Below, in pieces: positions 61,902-63,913 of a stretch of DNA of 63,913 nucleotides. The stretch is from assembly GCF_001194135.2 (NCBI RefSeq), contig NC_068989.1, forward strand, positions 94,685,834 to 94,749,746. The letters are read 5' to 3'. Both the position numbers and the translations under genes were made by a program. Numbering within the stretch: position 1 is the stretch's first letter; the number at the start of each line of letters is the position of its first letter. Under the pieces are notes generated by a model that was not told the DNA's origin, did not search any database, and worked only from the letters and a program-made list of their open reading frames with translations. The stretch is from Octopus bimaculoides. Taxonomy: Eukaryota.

Positions 61902-63384
61902 TACATATATAAATGCATAAGTATGTATGTGAGAAATAGTTACATACATGCTTACATATATACATACATACACGGCTACATGCACACGCACCTATTCATA
62001 TATACATGTATGAATAGATAAAGAGTAAATATGTGTATGTGTGTATACATATGCATACAAATAAAGTATACACATATATGTATGCGTTGTATATTTATAA
62101 TCATCAATTTTAACTGATTTAATACGAATTATTTTCTTTATATTTCATTGTTTACGTATTATTTATCAATTTATTAAACATAAATGTGTGTGTGTGTGTG
62201 TGCGTGTGTTTACATATACAACCCTTGGCATATGACAAAGTGGAATTCTGAATATGTGTGGATTTTCACTTAATATCTAATAACTTGTTTGATTACACCC
62301 TCTGTCTTTATTTATTTCTTGCGTACTATAATTGTTGTAATGATTATTTTAATTGTTATGGTTTAAATTTGTTCTGAATTTTTTAATCTCGAAGTTATTT
62401 CTGAAATAACTTTTCTACATGTATATATGCAATGCTTTTAATATTGTAAGAGCCATTTTTATTAGCCAAACTGGCCATTCGAATTGACAGTGAAACTACC
62501 ATTCTAAAACAATTAGTCTCTCAAATTTTAAATATATATATGAATGTGTGTGTGTGTGAATGCAATTCTGACTTGAAGTGATTTGAACTTAAAGTGTAGA
62601 CAATACGGCGAAGTGTTGTATTTGTAGCTCGAGTGATTCTGCCAAAGCATTGCCTGATTAAAAAGTGAAGTATCTTGGAATGACTCATGGTACGTAAGAA
62701 GCAAATATTCTTAAAGTAGTTGTAATAGATACTTGCAAACTCTGTTTACACATGCCTGATTAGAAGCATCGGTTCCCATGATTAATTAGATATGTCCGTA
62801 AGGTAGAATAATAACAAAGGATAAATGTATAAATCTGCACTCAATAAATAGCAAACGACTATTAGCTATTTATTGAATGCAGATTATAATTGGAGTGAGT
62901 ATAACGTAACAGAAATTAATATATACTGTTATAATGTTACACTATGTAATTACTCGGTACGTTACAAATTTCTAGTCGGATATTTGAGTTTGAAGGATAG
63001 TAATTTAGAAAAGATTTTTTCCATTAATGTTCTAACTCCGACTCTTTGTATGTGATGAGAGAGCAGCTACTAATAAACTGTGAGGAATGCCTTTCAGTGA
63101 CGGAGATTGAATCTACTTCTAGTTGAAGTTACTTGTTTTTAGTGTCAATAATAGAGTTCCTGACCAAGACGTTATCGTTGCAACATCTGTACATATATGC
63201 CCTATATGATCAGTACGTATTAAAGTTTACGCGACAATGTCTTGTGTATACAAGTTTAAATATCTCTTTGAACCTGGCATGTCTTAGAATAATTTGCCGT
63301 ATAACAGGAACGTTAAAAACGCATGCATTTCGGCGAGAAAAGAGTTAAAACAATATGCATACACGCATGTTTATTTCTACACAA

Positions 63385-63419
<35 letters not shown>

Positions 63420-63519
63420 TACACACACTCACACACACAAATGTACTCACAAAAGCATACGCTCACACACACATGCATAAATATATACACACACACACAC
63501 ACTCAGACACAACACACGC

Positions 63520-63650
63520 AGGTGCAAACGAGGTTATGTGGTTGAGATGTCTGTTTCAATCCCACTGCGCGGTATCTTAGGTATATGTCTTTTACTACAA
63601 ATCCGGACCAGAGTGGATCTAGAAAGCGTGAACTGAAAGAGGTTCGTCGT
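63520..63650 (+). mobile_element. Degenerate SINE family B 5' half
   Basis: TCAATCCCACTGCGCGGTATCTTAGG..GAACTGAAAGAGGTTCGTCG; tail remnant CAGCATGGCCGCAG at about 63862. Confidence 0.55.
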
Positions 63651-63670
63651 GTGTATACATATATATATAT

Positions 63671-63725
<55 letters not shown>

Positions 63726-63751
63726 TAGAAATACAGACAGACAGCTTGATT

Positions 63752-63788
<37 letters not shown>

Positions 63789-63913
63789 CAGAACATGATT
63801 AAACGACGTTCTTCATTAAAATCACAATTGCTTCGGCACATATATATATATGTGTGTGCATCAGCATGGCCGCAGCTCTAAGCTGAAACTTAAATATATA
63901 TATATATATAAGA

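Noticed and set aside
61716-61910. Plus-strand frame with fibronectin-type-III-like IGSLIPGVTYTVNI after a good acceptor
   Set aside because: No convincing donor before the stop, no other FN3 exon found, and the GC-rich half is better explained as a Helitron-type terminus.
63052-63163. C/D snoRNA-like GTGATGA ... CTGA
   Set aside because: No terminal stem and no recognisable rRNA guide; expected by chance.

Overview
Eukaryotic, AT-rich, gap-riddled draft sequence. The tRNA-derived SINE families and very dense (CA)n/(TA)n/(CT)n microsatellites resemble octopus/cephalopod DNA (inference, not checked). I could not recognise any intact host protein-coding gene; the window reads as intronic or intergenic DNA filled with decayed mobile elements. 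These include L1-Tx1-like LINEs (two clusters), a CR1-like RT, two R4/Dong-like fragments, an old Jockey/I-like LINE, four mariner remnants, Helitron-type elements (one with both ends), many SINEs, two minisatellites and a long fold-back repeat. Best leads: (1) two good and two decayed hammerhead-ribozyme-like cores in different non-coding repeats; three have an extra purine after CUGANGA, and their helix III is minimal and palindrome-like, as in Penelope-like elements; (2) a Tx1 copy with twin-priming-style 5' inversion that appears nested in another Tx1; (3) an 87-bp near-perfect inverted repeat with a nested hairpin; (4) a 42-bp tandem array that could encode YTRAGPAEPYFDDP repeats; (5) several weak candidate exons with no recognisable homology. 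All alignments, translations and folds were done by eye; element ends are approximate unless a TSD or terminal motif is given.
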